A stretch of 64,000 bases of DNA, taken from Selaginella moellendorffii (Eukaryota; Plantae; Lycopodiophyta). The position numbers were made by a program, and so were the translations under genes. Location of the stretch: contig NW_003314262.1 in NCBI RefSeq assembly GCF_000143415.4, forward strand, positions 4,164,021 to 4,228,020. The letters are read 5' to 3'. This document shows, piece by piece, positions 1 to 13,900 of this stretch. The notes beneath the pieces were generated by a model that was not told the origin of the DNA, did not search any database, and saw nothing but the letters and a program-made list of their open reading frames with translations. Every line of letters begins with the position of its first letter. Positions within the stretch are counted from its first letter, which is position 1.

Positions 1-1443
1 AACACAGTTATTCCGCAGCCTCCAATCACCCCACTGCTTATCAAGCTAGTCTGCGTCAACTTTCAAGGAGGTTACAATACTAACAGTAAGCTGCTTATGT
101 TTTTGTTTGCATCATCCTTATCAAGTGTTTTGGTTTGAAGTTCCAGCAATCTGCGAGCGGGGAAGTACATCGCGACATTGTGCCTGAGCGAGGAAAACAG
201 AAAGCTCCTTGGTTCCTTGGTGTTCGGCTGCTGCTCAACAATGATGAAAGCCCTCCATGCTCTTTACGATTTTGTGGCGCTCTTTTCTCCGGAACTTGTG
301 TTGAGCTCCAGGCGCCGACTTATCCATCACTAATCGAGCGAGCGTCACTTTATGAACCATATCGTAAGCTGCACTTCAGATTTTCGTTCTTTACGATACT
401 TGACGACAATTGGTTTACACACTCAGCGTCTTGGACGTTCTGGACGCGATTTCATACTGGCAAACCCCAGCATTTGCTGGTTATCGGGGAGCGGAGAGTC
501 ACACAGATGTTTGGGCCCCGGAGGGAGTGCTCGTTTTGTGTCATCGACATCAGCAAGATCACGCTCAAGACAAGTAAGTTTTTTCATTCTTTTTTATAAA
601 ATCATGCCCCTTAGTTTTGTTTTTTACTGTTTTGACAGTGTCGGGGCTTACTTTCCCGTGGCATCGTGCGTTGGAATCAACACTGCCTGATGATCACAAT
701 GCTTATACAGATGTAAGTACTCTTCCAAATTCCTTGTGGATTTTAGCTCTGAATTTATGTGTTGATTGAGCAGGAGGTCTTTGACATGTTTATTAATCTT
801 ATTCACGCGTCAAAAGGTGGCTGGAAATATTCTAATTTACATGTACGTTTGAATTCAATTTTCATTCGATGCTTTTTGGATCTTTTATATTAATTTGCGA
901 ATGCAGGAACTATATGCTGGCTTTAAAGACGCTTGGCTTTTGCGTGGTGGCCAATTTCGGGCTCAGGGACAAGAGCTGCTAAGGCGTGGTGCTCCGCCTT
1001 TTGTAAACTATGAGTGGGAAAGTCACAACATTCTATCTGAGCTAGAAAAACAAGAAGCGGACAGCTTGGATGATCAGTCAGACGACGGTGCTGTTTTGCC
1101 ACCATCCATCCATCAACTTGGAAGCTCTTGCAACTTCTTGGAGGTGATACCGATTGCGGCGGATTGCTCCTTCGAGGATTTGGACCTCCAAGTTCGTGGT
1201 TCAAGACGATCCTGTAGCTCCCACGTAAGTATTCTTTCCGTTTCTCATGGATGTTATACCTGAATATAAGTTATGCAGTTTTCGGATGCCATCTTCAAAG
1301 ACGCAGGAGGAGATTTGATGGGGCACGAGCCAGCTGGAGACCTGGAGAATGGCTGGGAGGAATTTCCGAGCTGCCGATGGAGCGACTTTTCCGAATTGGT
1401 GAGCGATGAGCAAGGAGATAGTGCTGTTTGTGGAGATCCGTGA
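1..1443 (+). CDS. 3' part of an uncharacterised multi-exon gene (5' end outside window)
   Basis: GT-AG joined exons (~140-573, 639-712, ~774-842, 908-1225, 1279-1443) give a continuous frame (…KITLKTMSGLTFPWHRALES…EVFDMFINLIH…ELYAGFKDAW…FSDAIFKD…GDP*). No family recognised. Confidence 0.5.
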
Positions 1444-2752
1444 AGCTGATCAACCTGGGAGCTCAGAGAACGAGGGTGATTTGACGCGTTATGCAGCAGC
1501 AGAACTGCTAGATGCAGTACCAGCGACAATGTTAACAACCTTGACATTCATGGGCGACATTGCGACACCATTGTTTTGTGCCACTTTCTCTTCTCCTTTC
1601 AGCAGCCACTGACACGAACACTTGAACAGGTATAGAGAAGGCGATAAGTGGTGCTATCAGAATAAAACAGAAGGTGTGCTAGCCATTTTCAGCGTATGCA
1701 GCACCTATACAGCGGCAGAGACGATTTTGGCAGCTTGATGGTTGAACGAGGCAAAGGATCTGAATCCAGCGAGCTCTCAGCGCTCTCACTTTCACAGATA
1801 ATTGAAGTTGACACGATGACGATCAGTATGGAGGCACAATTCTATTTTCGTCACGCTGGGGTCCAGATGGAGCGGCTCTTGAAGAAGAAGAAGATAATGT
1901 AATCTATAAAGTGGGCAACAACACCAAAGCATCTTCTGCTTGGAGTTACGCGCGGCTGGACGAGGCTCAGGTGGCTCTCGGAAGTTTTAGAATGCCCGCC
2001 TCAGGGAGGGATGACGAGCGTTGATCCAGACTCCAGCAAGTTGGCTTTTTCCACACAATTGTGCAACAGCAGGGATTGCAAGCTGGTATTTATGAGAACT
2101 CAATACTTGCATTTCTTGCTAAGACCGAAGGAAACGTCCGAACCAAAACACAAGGCAAATGCTGCAAGACGCCATGTAGTCGCCAGCTGAGGCATACACA
2201 TCTAAGAAACGGCCTGGTTTGATTCATCTCCTCCTGCAAGAGACACATTTAGTCCCGAGCTCCATCTTCGATCCGCGGGCCACAACGAAGAAGAATCCTC
2301 CCTAAAGACAGCGCCTTGAACCAGAGCGTACCAAATCCATGCTCCGCAATACGCCGGGCTGCCCATTAAGACTTGCAAGAGCCTAGTTTTGCAAGTAACC
2401 ATGAGATTCTCTTTAGCTCCAAGAAAAACGCGACTCGTCCTTAGCCCTGTGTTTTCCCTTCCCTGATAGTTTGTGCATAAAACACGCTCGTTTTATATTT
2501 TCCAGGAATGCGAAAATCTCCCGCAACTAATTACCTGTAAGTAAGAGCCAATTCCGTAACCTACCTGGAAGTAAGAGCGAAAACTCCGTGTCGCTTTGTT
2601 CATCTTCCAGTTCTTTCCCAAGCCCCATGCATCGATGGCATGCAACTCTAGAGGTGCTAGATCGTCCCAGAACCTCTTTATAAACGCCACCCCATTTCTC
2701 TCTCCGACAGTGCCTTAGGTCAAGGGTAGTTCTTCATCGTTTCTCTCATTCC

Positions 2753-3424
2753 ATGGCAGCAACAATGCTGGCAATTCTCATCTCCATCTTTGTCTTTGCG
2801 TGCTCGCCACCCCCACTCGTCCTTGCTGCTGACGAGGACATGCTCCAGGACGTTTGCGTCGCAGACAACAACAGCACTATCATCATCAATGGCAAGGTGT
2901 GCAAGCCCATGGCAGCGGTGGTGGCCGAGGACTTCAAGTCGGGCGTGCTCAGGAACCCGGGCAACACCAGCAACAGGCTGGGCTCCGCCGTCACCGCTGC
3001 AAACGTTGGCAATTTCCCTGGGCTCAACACTCTGGGCGTCTCGTTTGCACGCCTCGACTTCGCCCCCGGCGGTGTCAACCCCCCACACGTCCACCCCCGG
3101 GGCACCGAGCTCCTCTTCCTCGTCCAGGGAGCTCTCTACGTGGGCTTCGTCACCACCGCACCGGAGAACCGGCTCTTCGCGCAGACCATATATCCCGGCG
3201 AGCTGTTCGTGTTCCCCCGTGGATTGATTCACTTCCAGATCAACGTTTGCAATGAGCCTGCGGTGGCGGTGGCCGGGTTTAACTCGCAGAACCCCGGAGT
3301 CTCCCAGGTTGCCAAGGCCGTGTTTGGCTCAAATCCTCCCATCCTGGACGCCGTCATCGAGAGGACGTTCCAGATCGATGATGCTCTCGTGCAGAGGCTC
3401 AGGGATCTCGTGAGCATGACGTAG
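2753..3424 (+). CDS. Germin-like protein (cupin), single exon
   Basis: Signal peptide, QDVCVAD box A, PGLNTLG, and metal ligands GVNPPHVHPRGTE and FPRGLIHFQ. TATAAA at ~2678. Confidence 0.95.
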   Translation: MAATMLAILISIFVFACSPPPLVLAADEDMLQDVCVADNNSTIIINGKVCKPMAAVVAEDFKSGVLRNPGNTSNRLGSAVTAANVGNFPGLNTLGVSFARLDFAPGGVNPPHVHPRGTELLFLVQGALYVGFVTTAPENRLFAQTIYPGELFVFPRGLIHFQINVCNEPAVAVAGFNSQNPGVSQVAKAVFGSNPPILDAVIERTFQIDDALVQRLRDLVSMT

Positions 3425-6400
3425 AATATCGTTTCTCCATTGGAATAACTTTTTTGATTAATAACTTAAAAATTCTTGCGAGTTCTCTCGAAATCTGCGA
3501 ACGGGTCACTCGAGCAGCTTGAAGTTGTGGCCGCCAAGACTGCTCGCGGGCTCTGGCAATACTCGATCAGAAAGGACGAGCGGCTGGTGTACGTGAGGAG
3601 CCACCCGGTAGCGTCTGTGGTTGCGCTGGGCACGCCAGGGACCGGGAACTCGGGCTTTGTCTCCATGCGCTCCTCCACAAGATGTCTTGATCTAACATCG
3701 ATTCCAGCGAGAAATTCCTCATCTCTGGTTTTCTCTGAAGCAAAAGTACTGGGATCTCATCTTTCTCAAGTTCCACGCATTCAACAAGTTCTACGCCTTC
3801 TACAGGAGTGTTCCACTGATCCTCTTGTAAGAAGGATTCTCTTGTTGTAGATCTTTGCTTTCGAAGGATGCTACTGTTTCAAGCCAGCATCCTTGGTCCT
3901 GCGTACAAGGCCCATCTCGCCAAATACTTGCACAGCATCCCTTTGCAATGCCTTCCACCATGTGATCAAACTCTTCGACGAAAAGGTATGCTGCTGCTTT
4001 GACCAGTTGACTGCCCTTGGATAGTTAATGTTTGTTGTTTACCCAAGGCCCATGGAACCTAATAATCTTTTGTCAAACAAGACAGGAATGAAGAATGTTA
4101 TCAGAAAAACTGAATTTGCAATGTGTGCAATAACTGCAAGAAACTACAATTGAATATAATGCCATAATATTTTAATTAACTTTTTTGAAATTTCTTATGA
4201 AATTTTTTTTGCTGCACGTTGCATGCAACAATGCTTGCTTTGCTTAAAAGTAGTGTCATTGAATAATTCAATTGATCAATAATTAGAAATATGTTTATAA
4301 TTTAGAAATCAAGATTAATTTTATTGCATATTAACCATTAGATAGTAGAACAAAACAGAATATTCTAGGAAGTGTTTAGGAAAGTTTATAAATTATAAAC
4401 ATGCTTATAAATTATAAATACAAGATTATTCCCTTCTTTTGCCATGTTACACCATCATCAATCAAGGAATATATCACTTAAGGATGCTAATATTGCTCAG
4501 TTAGGTCAAATTTTTGGTGTTATAAGGTATGATTATATTGATGCAGTGCCCATTTTTGGTGTATTGCCATCTTTAGCTTTTATAATTACATGACTTCTTC
4601 TATTCTCAATGTTTTGCCATCTCCCGTTGATGTAAAATGTAATCATAACATTGATCGGAAAGTTATGTTGATTCTAGAAAAAGTTTGAGGATTGAATTTA
4701 TAAGAAAATGATGTTTATAAACTCAAATGGATTCTAAATTGTGATAAGAAGCTCAATTATTATGAAGATAATTTTGAAGATGAGTTTGAGATTTTATAGG
4801 GTAGATTTTAATCTTTCAATTTGTCATCTAATTTTTTTCTTTATCTTTCACTTTTACCCAACTTTTCCTCCTCATATTCCTAATGTTTCTTTCTCATCTA
4901 TTGTGTTTCTTTCTCTTAACATGTTATTTATTTATGACTTTTATGATTCTCATTCTTACTTTAGTGTTGAGTTAAGTGTTTTTCTGTCCTCCTCATACTA
5001 ATTTAAATGTTGAGCATGTGTATAAAGTTGAGAATTTTGATTTTGTTTTGTTGGTAAAGTCTTTGATCAATTCTAATATTGAGTATTTTTCTATTCCAAG
5101 GATTGAGTCACTTTAATTAGAGTTTTCGGTTAAATGTATATCCCCACTTATGAGTGTTTTTACGCTTTTACTTTACTATTGTTGTTGAGGAATTTATATA
5201 TTATTTTGAGAGTGTGGACATTTCTATTGATTTTTCCATCCTAAATGTTGAGTTTTGTATTAAAGAGGTTGAGTAATGTGAATCTTTTGTTTATATTGTG
5301 ATGGTTGAAGTATTTAATGATAGAAAGTCCTTATTTTTCCAAGTTTTGAGCATATATCTTTTTTATTTTTTCAATTCTACATTGATAACTAATGAAAATT
5401 CTTCTTCTAATTCTTTATTCACTTTTTTTTTTCTTCCATAATGTTTATCTTTTTTGCCTTGACATTTCAAATTTTTTTTTTTTGGAGGAGGGGGTAAATA
5501 GAATGCATGGGAGTCCAACCTTAACAATGGAATAAGGACAAGTGGATACAATAGTGGGATGAAGATGAATGATATGGATTATAAAGTAAGGATGAGTATA
5601 ACAAATTTGAATGAAATATTTGGTTGTAACATAGTAAGTTTAAATAAATGTGATACTAGAGTTATAAGCGATTAATTTTTCCATTCTACTTTAATCACTT
5701 AACCGCACCTCCGACCACTTGGAGGAGTCTCACTCACAACCTCCATAAATCCTATTCCAGACTTGGGACTTGCTAGCCCTGAGAATGGCATCCATGCCAC
5801 TCATCCTTTGCACTTGGTCCAAGTGCTCCATGTGTCCGGTCCTAAGACCGATACCCCAAGGTACCACCGACATACCAGCCTATTACGCTAAGACCATGCC
5901 CCTTCACCTTGGTCACACCGGTGGTCCAACACCACCTGCATCATAGTCCTGCCTCTCAACGATTGGGCCATCTGTCTAGGAGTGACCATCCAAGATCCAC
6001 TGCTTAGCATCCTTAAGATGCCCGTAGACATGGGGAACCACCTTTCCCAATATCCCTTTTACCGTCCCCACCAAGTCCCTTTTCTATCCATAGTCGAGTA
6101 TGCCTACACTGCCACTGGGACAAGGCCCATAGGACCGGCCATTAAGTCCCACTGTCCTCTAGGACTTCCTCACCATATGACCATATCCTTAGTCACTACA
6201 CTAGAGGATTGCTCCTCCTCCTTTCCCCCATTTGGGACTTCGGGACAATATTTCGGAATATCGTGGCCCTACGCGAGGCCCATGGGTACTCTCCCCACCT
6301 TCTGCCTTTAGGTGCTCTAGCCATGGGCTTAGAGCAAGGTTCTGTTGAGCTACACCAAGTATCCAAGTAGGTAGTGCCACCCACACTTGGACTGGGAGCA

Positions 6401-6659
6401 TTGACCATTCGATCTCCCGGGGGAACTAGAGCCAGCTTTTGAACACTTCACCAAATTACCCCGCTTGTCGGTCCGTATTCACTCTAACTTTGGACTTCCC
6501 AGTGGTTATCCCATCACCCAACACCTGGGTGCAGCCTTTCTGGGCCAAATTGGCCTTTCCTGGCCAAACTAGCTCCACTAGAGTCCTCCCCTTACTATAC
6601 TTTTGGAGCTCACCAAACCCCCCAGAGTCTGGGAGACGAACGCTTTGGGCTTTCACCCT

Positions 6660-7100
6660 CTCAGACTCGAATTTAGACTCGGACTCGGACTCAGGCTTGG
6701 GCTCGGTCTTAGCCTCAGCCTCGGTCTCGGTCCCTGTCTCGGTCTTGATCTCAGTCCCAGTCTCGGTCTCGGTTCCGGTCTCGATCCCGGTCTCGATCTC
6801 GGTCTCGGTCTCAATCTCGGTCTCGGTCTCGGTCTCGACTTCAGACTCCATCTCAGATCCTTCTTGGACTCCATCTTGGATTCCATCTCAGTCCATCTCG
6901 GACTCCATCTCAGGTCCATCTCGGACTCCATCTTGGTCTATCTCGGACTCCATCTTGGGTCCATCTCGGACTCTATATTGGTCCATCTCGGACTCCATCT
7001 CGGTCCATCTCAGACTCTATCTCGGACTCCATCTCGGTCCATCTCAGACTCTATCTCGGACTCCATCTCGGGCTCCATCTCGAGTCCATCTCGGATTCCT
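6660..7100. repeat. LTR-internal tandem 6/12-mer arrays (GACTCG/GTCTCG, CTCCATCTCGGA)
   Basis: Seen directly. Related arrays at 12600-13080 and 60195-60580 (family A) and at 37020-37290, 57065-57310 and 61180-61440 (family B). Confidence 0.9.
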
Positions 7101-10100
7101 CAAGTTAGAGCTTTTAATCCAAATGTGTTATGCTCGTTTGGCTTTCACTTTGGCCACTACCACGTAGCACACTTTTGACTCCACTTTAGGGCTTAGGGAT
7201 TTGTGTCTCACAACTCCACCACTCATAGACGAAGTTCGATATCCTCATCAAATGATAAACTATTTTATAAAGTAATACCAACATGTATTACCCTCCCCAT
7301 CCTTGGCACCTAGCCAATATTTATCAAGGGTCGGACACCGAAGGCTCACCTTGCCTTGTTCATCCTCTAAGAAGTATAGTCTCTTCAACATAGAGACTTA
7401 ATTGACCACTTGTGGTAGTTCTTTCTCTTTTATTGGTTTAGCTCTCGCTAAACCCATTAAAGACACCTTCTCTATCTTAATCCCACTACTCATTCTTGAG
7501 TAGTCACAACTTTTATCAATATAACCACTCTTCTTTGGAACTTTTAGTCTTGACTTCTCAAAGTCAATTTCCTAAGTGTCTCTAACACTTTTCATTGCAC
7601 ATATTATGCAAATTTCACTTCCCCATCCTAGGGAATTCTCTACTTGAGGGCACCCTTTTCCTCTTTTCCATTTTGTGCCACCTTTGGCACTAAGTTCCAG
7701 TTATCGTAAGTTAGAGTTGTCCACAACCCTATCATTTGGCTACTTTACTACTCCCTCTTTTAGAACTTTCACCTTGCTAACTTGGAGCATTTGGGAATCC
7801 ATCCTTGGAAGCACACTTCCTTTTTCACAATCTGTTAGCATCTAACACATTAATGTTCTATGCCTAACTTTGCCATTTGGATTCCTTCTAATGAACTCCA
7901 TGGCCCACCCTTGGCCATTAGTTTTTTCCTTTAGCCGTTGATTGTTGCACTGAGCAACATAGAATCACTACCTCCATTCTTGAGGTATTCTTTTGGTTCC
8001 ATAGCAAATTCTCTACTTTGTTAAGTCTAGAGGGTGCTCACCCCTAGTAGATCTCTTTAGCATTTTCTGCTACAGGCTCCGTCCACGGCCCAACTTTGCG
8101 ACCCTCCCATATGTCTTTCCTAGAAATTACTTCCTTGGACTTACTATACCATCGTATTGGCACAACTAATTTCCCTTTAAGTGTCCTTCCCATTTGGTCA
8201 CCTTGACCAAGCCACACTATTATCAATAGTTCAAATCAACACTTTGAACTAGGAATCATATTTCTTAACCCAAACAAAAACTTTGTCTTTGTTTAGCTAT
8301 AAGATCACTTAGTGATCTCATCTTGACCCCTTAACAGGTCTACCAATAGGAACTAAGTCTTCCAGACCCTTTTAGATTGTTGACTATGACCCCGGGGGCA
8401 TCCCCCACACTTGGCGGTGCGCCCAAGCCAGCCCTTCCGGCCAAGGATCCATAACAACTCAGACTGGGTGTCCCCATCTCATTCACTACGTCTTTGGTGC
8501 CCTTTGCACCAAAGTGTTCAAGTTAAATATGCCGAGCTTTCACTCTAAGCAATCTAACCATGCATCATGACTCCGGAACATCCCCCATTTGGCAGTGTGC
8601 CCAAGCCAGTCTCCTCACTGAGAGTCCATGACCACCGAAATATGAGTGTCCTCATATTCCAAACCATCACCACGCCCTAGTGATTTGGGACTCAAACCCA
8701 AGCACTAGAGGGTCGGGACTCAAACCCAACCTCCGTATATGCATCTACGGATGGCATCACATTAGATGCCTGGCGTGACTCCCCATGTCGGTGCACCAAT
8801 TTATACCCAAAGCATGCTACAGATAATAGCTTAGGAACCTAGTCCCTCCAAGTCCTCTCACTCGACAAGTCTATGATCATGCATGGACTCTTCCATGCTT
8901 GGCCCCATAAACCACCCTTTTTGAAGTTAACACCTTCAACTAAGGGATTTATTCCCCTGACTTGCCACTCTCGCTTAGCAAGTCATCTGACTAATGTAAC
9001 ATGGTTTCATGCATAAGCGTGAAAGTCTTTAACCATCGACTTTCGTTCAAAGCAATCCCTTTGAACACTCAAGAACTACTTCCCTAATTTTGATAGCATT
9101 GCCTCATGGCCAGTTTCAAGACCACGCTTCTGTTGTGCCACTTTAATTTCGCGCGTTGTATAAATCATTTACACTTGGTTTTCTAGGTATTAAACTACCT
9201 AGAATTGTCTTTGGGAACATGAAAGAAATTCTGTCCCTTAGCTTGCTAAGACCTCTCATTTCGCAAACTTTCTAATTGCCATATAGTCTAACATGGTCAA
9301 TTCCATGCTTTATACTCTCCATGGCACCACGGTTGTTAGTAACAACATGCTCGAGCGCCCACTTGATTCTCCACTCCCAACTGACATAACCACCATTGGT
9401 TATGCTCTTCGATTCCTATAGTTTGGTTCTATCCCTTTATTACTTGCCTTTGGCCTCACACATTTCCTTCAATTATTCGCCTCCAAACTAGAAGGATAAC
9501 TTTGCACTTTTTACCATGCCTTAGCAAGTATTCTTAGGAATGAACCTACCCGATAGCCTAGGGAGTGGTTCCTCAATCTGATATGCTCACTTTATAATCC
9601 CACACACCAAGATTAACATTGCTATATATGGGCTTTTATATATCCATCACTAGCCTTGCCAAAATTCCATTTTTAGCTTTATCCAATTCGGGTAGATAGA
9701 CTTTTCCCATCTCCACAACCTTGGACATTTGGATAGCACCTTTTATCTAAGGATTTAGTCCCTTGGGCCTTATTTATTGCCCTCGCGACATCAAACACCA
9801 ACTCTTGGTGCTAAAATGTTTGGGTGTCCCAATGATGGCCTCCTTGACAATAAGCATTCCCTTTACGACATTAACTTATTATATCACAACATAAGTAATT
9901 CATTTTTTATAAAGGTATGTTTACCTTCCTTATCCCAATAAAAAGTCTTAGGTAGTTACCTTCTACCAATTTCATTAATTATTTTGCACCTTTTGCTTAG
10001 TTGCCTCATAAATATCAAGTCCTACAACTCATTGCTGATGCTTCCACACCTCCATCATTATTTGGGTCACCACACTCTACTACATGCCTTCTAGCTTAGG

Positions 10101-10220
10101 CTATGCCATTCCCATTTCCATTAGGATTCCCTTGGCAAGAGGTTCTTATGAACCCACCAACATAACCTCAAGGTATCACACCTTGGCACATTTGGTGTCC
10201 TTATACCATCGGCTCCATGA

Positions 10221-10731
10221 TGTAAGCTCTTGAATTTGGACTTCCTGGGAGGTCACCCAGCCTAGTACTATTCAAATCAAGGACGCTTAACCCCAAATAT
10301 CTCAAGACCCTTAACCAATTGGAAAAGGGGGTGCACTTTTATTCATGGGCCCTTTCCCTCTATGCTCTTGAATTTGGACTTCCCACAGCTCTCCCAAGAG
10401 CCTCGCTCTCTTGACACCCTACCCCTCGGGTCGAGCCCAGGGGGAGCAAATTGGACCAGCCAAATGTCAATTAACATGTGGTGTGATTCCTATAGCCAAT
10501 CAACAGAATCGGACTCGAGACCTTTCTGATACCAAATTGTAAGCTCTTGAATTTGGACTTCTAGGGAGGTCATCCAACCCAGTATTATTCAAACCCAATG
10601 ATGCTTAACCCCAAATATCCCAAGACCCTTAACCGATTGGAAAAGGAGGTGCACTTTTGTTTATGGGCCCTTTCCTTTTATATTTGAACCTCATGGATCG
10701 TCTTTCAAGTCATTCCCTTTGGTTGCTTACA
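10221..10731 (-). mobile_element. Cassandra TRIM (5S-domain LTRs), degenerate, nested in the family A element
   Basis: LTR 10538-10731 plus a truncated/rearranged LTR from 10221. PBS is the reverse of TGGTATCAG. Homologous to the 55378 copy. Flanks CATGA and TACGA can both derive from a CACGA TSD. Confidence 0.85.
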
Positions 10732-13700
10732 TACGAGTCTACCTTTATGACACTTGCACTCGTGTCTAGGTCTTTTGCCAAGACCAACACAGTTGTTTCT
10801 CATACTAACTATCCATTAGCACTTCACCACAGTGTTCTCACATAACTTTGCACCAAAGTTGCTTTTTTCTGGGAACACCTTTCTCATGAGTTTAGTATGG
10901 CACATTCTGCCACCCATGAGATACTCACTGTTCTCATACTTGGATCTTATGATCCTCCCCATCCTCCATGGGGCACAACCACACCTTAGTCTAAATGCTT
11001 CCATTAGTCCTTTAGGACTATTTCATGACTCCACTTAAGTCATTCAGCCTGTTGGACTTTTTCTAATCCCCCAACCTATAAGGTCTTACTTTTGAGGTGT
11101 TAGCTCATTAAAATACAACTTCTTGTATTCATGTCCTACTCATTAGCACCACCATTACAAGTGTTATTCCAACACCTGACTATTTTTCGTTCTTTATGGG
11201 CTACCTTCACCCATTAGGACTATCTGTTTATATAATGAGAACATTGGTTCATCCTTTAATCACACCCCCAACTCCTAGGGTTGTTCCAGCATTTATTCAA
11301 GGTAGCGCCGGCTACCATTTCAAGGACTTATGTCCTTATCTGTTTTTGATATCCCACGGTTATTAAGATCACATCCTTAACTCAATGAGGAAAACCTTAC
11401 ACTATTCTCAAGATCCCAAAGTCGTTCCATTATTGGCCCTTTTCTATCCACCACCTCACTTACAAGTTCACTCTTGAACTGTTGTGGAGAGCCATATCTT
11501 CCTGACTTGCTACTCCTCAAGGATAGGCCCACTCCTAGGATCTTTCAATGCCAACACTAGTGGTGATATATTTCAGCATCAATAAAAGTCAGACTAAGGA
11601 ACAACTTCGATACCAAATTGTAAGTGACTAATTTTTCCATTCTACTTTAGTCAGTTAACCACACCTCTGACCACTTGGAGGAGTCTCACTCACAACCTCC
11701 ATAAATCCTATTCCGGACTTGGGACTTACTAACCCTAAGAATGGCATCCATGCCACTCATCCTTTGCACTTGGTCCAAGTGCTCCACGTGTCCGGTCCTA
11801 AGATCGACACCCTAAGGTACCACTAACATACCAGCCCATTGCGCTAAGGCCATGCCCCTTCACCTTGGTCACACCAGTAGTCCAACACCACCTGCATCGC
11901 AGTCCTGCCTCTCAACAACTGGGCCATCTGTCCAGGAGTGACCATCCAAGATCCATTGCTTAGCATCCTTAAGATGCCCGCAGACATGGGGAACCACCTT
12001 TCCCAATATCCCTTTTACCATCCCCACCAAGTCCCTTTTCTATCTATGGCCGAGCCACTGGGACAAAGCTTATAGGCCCGACCACTAAGTCCCACTGTTC
12101 TGTGGGACTTCCTCACCATGTGACTGTATCCTTAGTCACTACACTAGAGGACTGCTCCTCCTCCTTTCCCCCATTTGGGACTTCAGGACAATATTTCGGA
12201 ACATCGTGGCCCTACGCGAGCCCCATGGGTACTCTCGCAACCTTCCGCCTTTAGGTGCTCTAGCCATGGGCTTAGAGCAAGGTTCCGTTGAGCCACACCA
12301 GGTATCCAAGTAGGTAGTGCCACCCACACTTGGACTGGGAGCATCGACCATTCGATCTCTTGGGGGAACTAGAGCCGAATTTTGAACACTTTACAAGCTA
12401 CCCCGCTTGTCGGTCCGTATTCACTTTAGCTTTGGACTTCCCAGTGGTTATCCCATCACCCAACACCTGGGTGCAGCCTTTTTGGGCCAAACTGGCCTTT
12501 CCTGGCCAAACTGGCTCCACTGGAGTCCTCCCCCTACTATAATTTTGGAGCTCACCAATTGGTCTGGGAGACGAACGCTTTGGGCTTTCATCCTCTCAGA
12601 CTCGAACTTGGACTCGGACTCGAACTCAGACTCGGACTCAGACTCAGACTCGGACTTGGGCTGGGTCTCAGCCTCGGTCCCGGTCTCGGTCCCGGTCTCG
12701 GTCTCGGTCTCAGTCTCGGTCCCAGTCTCAGTCTTAGTCTCGGTCCCGGTCTTAGTCTCAGTCTTGACTTCGGACTCCATCTCGGGTCCTTCTCATACTC
12801 CATCTCAAATTACATCTCAGTCCATCTCGAACTCCATCTCAGGTCCATCTTGGACTCCATCTCGGTCCATCTCAGACTCCATCTCGGACACCATCTCAGA
12901 CTCCATCTCGGTCCATCTCGGACTCCATCTCAAACTCCATCTCAGACTCCATCTCGGACTCCATCTCGAACTCCATCTCAGACACCATCTCAGACTCCAT
13001 CTCGGTCCATCTCGGACTCCATCTTAGACTCCATCTCGGACTCCATATCGGATTCCATCTCGGGTCCATCTCGAACTCCTCAAGTCGGAGCTTTTAGTCC
13101 AAATGTGTTACGTTCATTTGGCTTTCACTTCGGCCACTACCACATGGCACCCTTTTGGCTCTACTTTGTGGATTAGGGATTTGTGTCTCACAAGAGTAAG
13201 GTCGAATATAGATAGTGATGTGAAGATAATCACAATAAGTCCAATTAGAGCCAATGCTTCAGAAAAAAAATTTTCTTGAGAAATGAATAAGGAGGATATG
13301 AAGGATAAATAAAGTGAATTTGACTTTTCATATGCGGTGCTAGACAAGGATGAAAGTCATGAGTTTGAGTTAATACGGGTCTCAAATATTAACCAAAGGG
13401 AAGACGTAAAAGCAAATTTTACTTATGATTATGGGTCTTGATCTTGAAGGATTATCAATGGTCAAATTTAAAGATAGAATGTATTGTTTGTCGCAATTAT
13501 GCTTTATGGATTATAATGGCTCTCAAAATCTTTTATTTCAATTTATAGGTATAGCTTCAATGTTAGTTCTAGCATTTAGCAACTGCATATAAAGTTGCAA
13601 TTGATTCATCAATCAGCAAAAGGCTAAAGCCTTTGTAAGAGTGAGTGGAGGATTCTATAGTCAATTGATATTTATGCCACTATTTTAGATTTTGTTTTAG

Positions 13701-13817
13701 TTATGGTTGTCAGATTCATATGGTAGTCAATTATCACCAAATAGAAGCTTAAAGTGTTCCACTTGAGTTATCATCATTGTCTTTTAATCTTCTAAAGAAG
13801 AAGATGGTATAAGGTGT

Positions 13818-13900
13818 AAATACATATATACATACATATATATGTATATATATATATATGTATATATATATACACACATATATCTGTGTGTATGTGTGTA
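13818..13900. repeat. (TA)n/(TG)n microsatellite
   Basis: Seen directly. Confidence 0.85.

Larger units (their letters stand above)
5663..13192 (-). mobile_element. Degenerate LTR retrotransposon (family A, probably Ty3/gypsy-related), complete boundaries
   Basis: Direct LTRs 5663-7212 and 11619-13192. 5-bp TSD AGAGT (5658-5662 and 13193-13197). Met-type PBS (reverse GATACCA at ~11609) and PPT-like tract at ~7213. The internal region has no long ORF. Confidence 0.9.

Noticed and set aside
6439-7178. Ser/Asp-, Glu/Thr- and Leu/Gly-rich ORFs in LTRs (also ~12400-13180, ~37000, ~57050 and ~59900-61650)
   Set aside because: Artefacts of stop-free 6/12-mer tandem repeats; they are open in several frames and on both strands.
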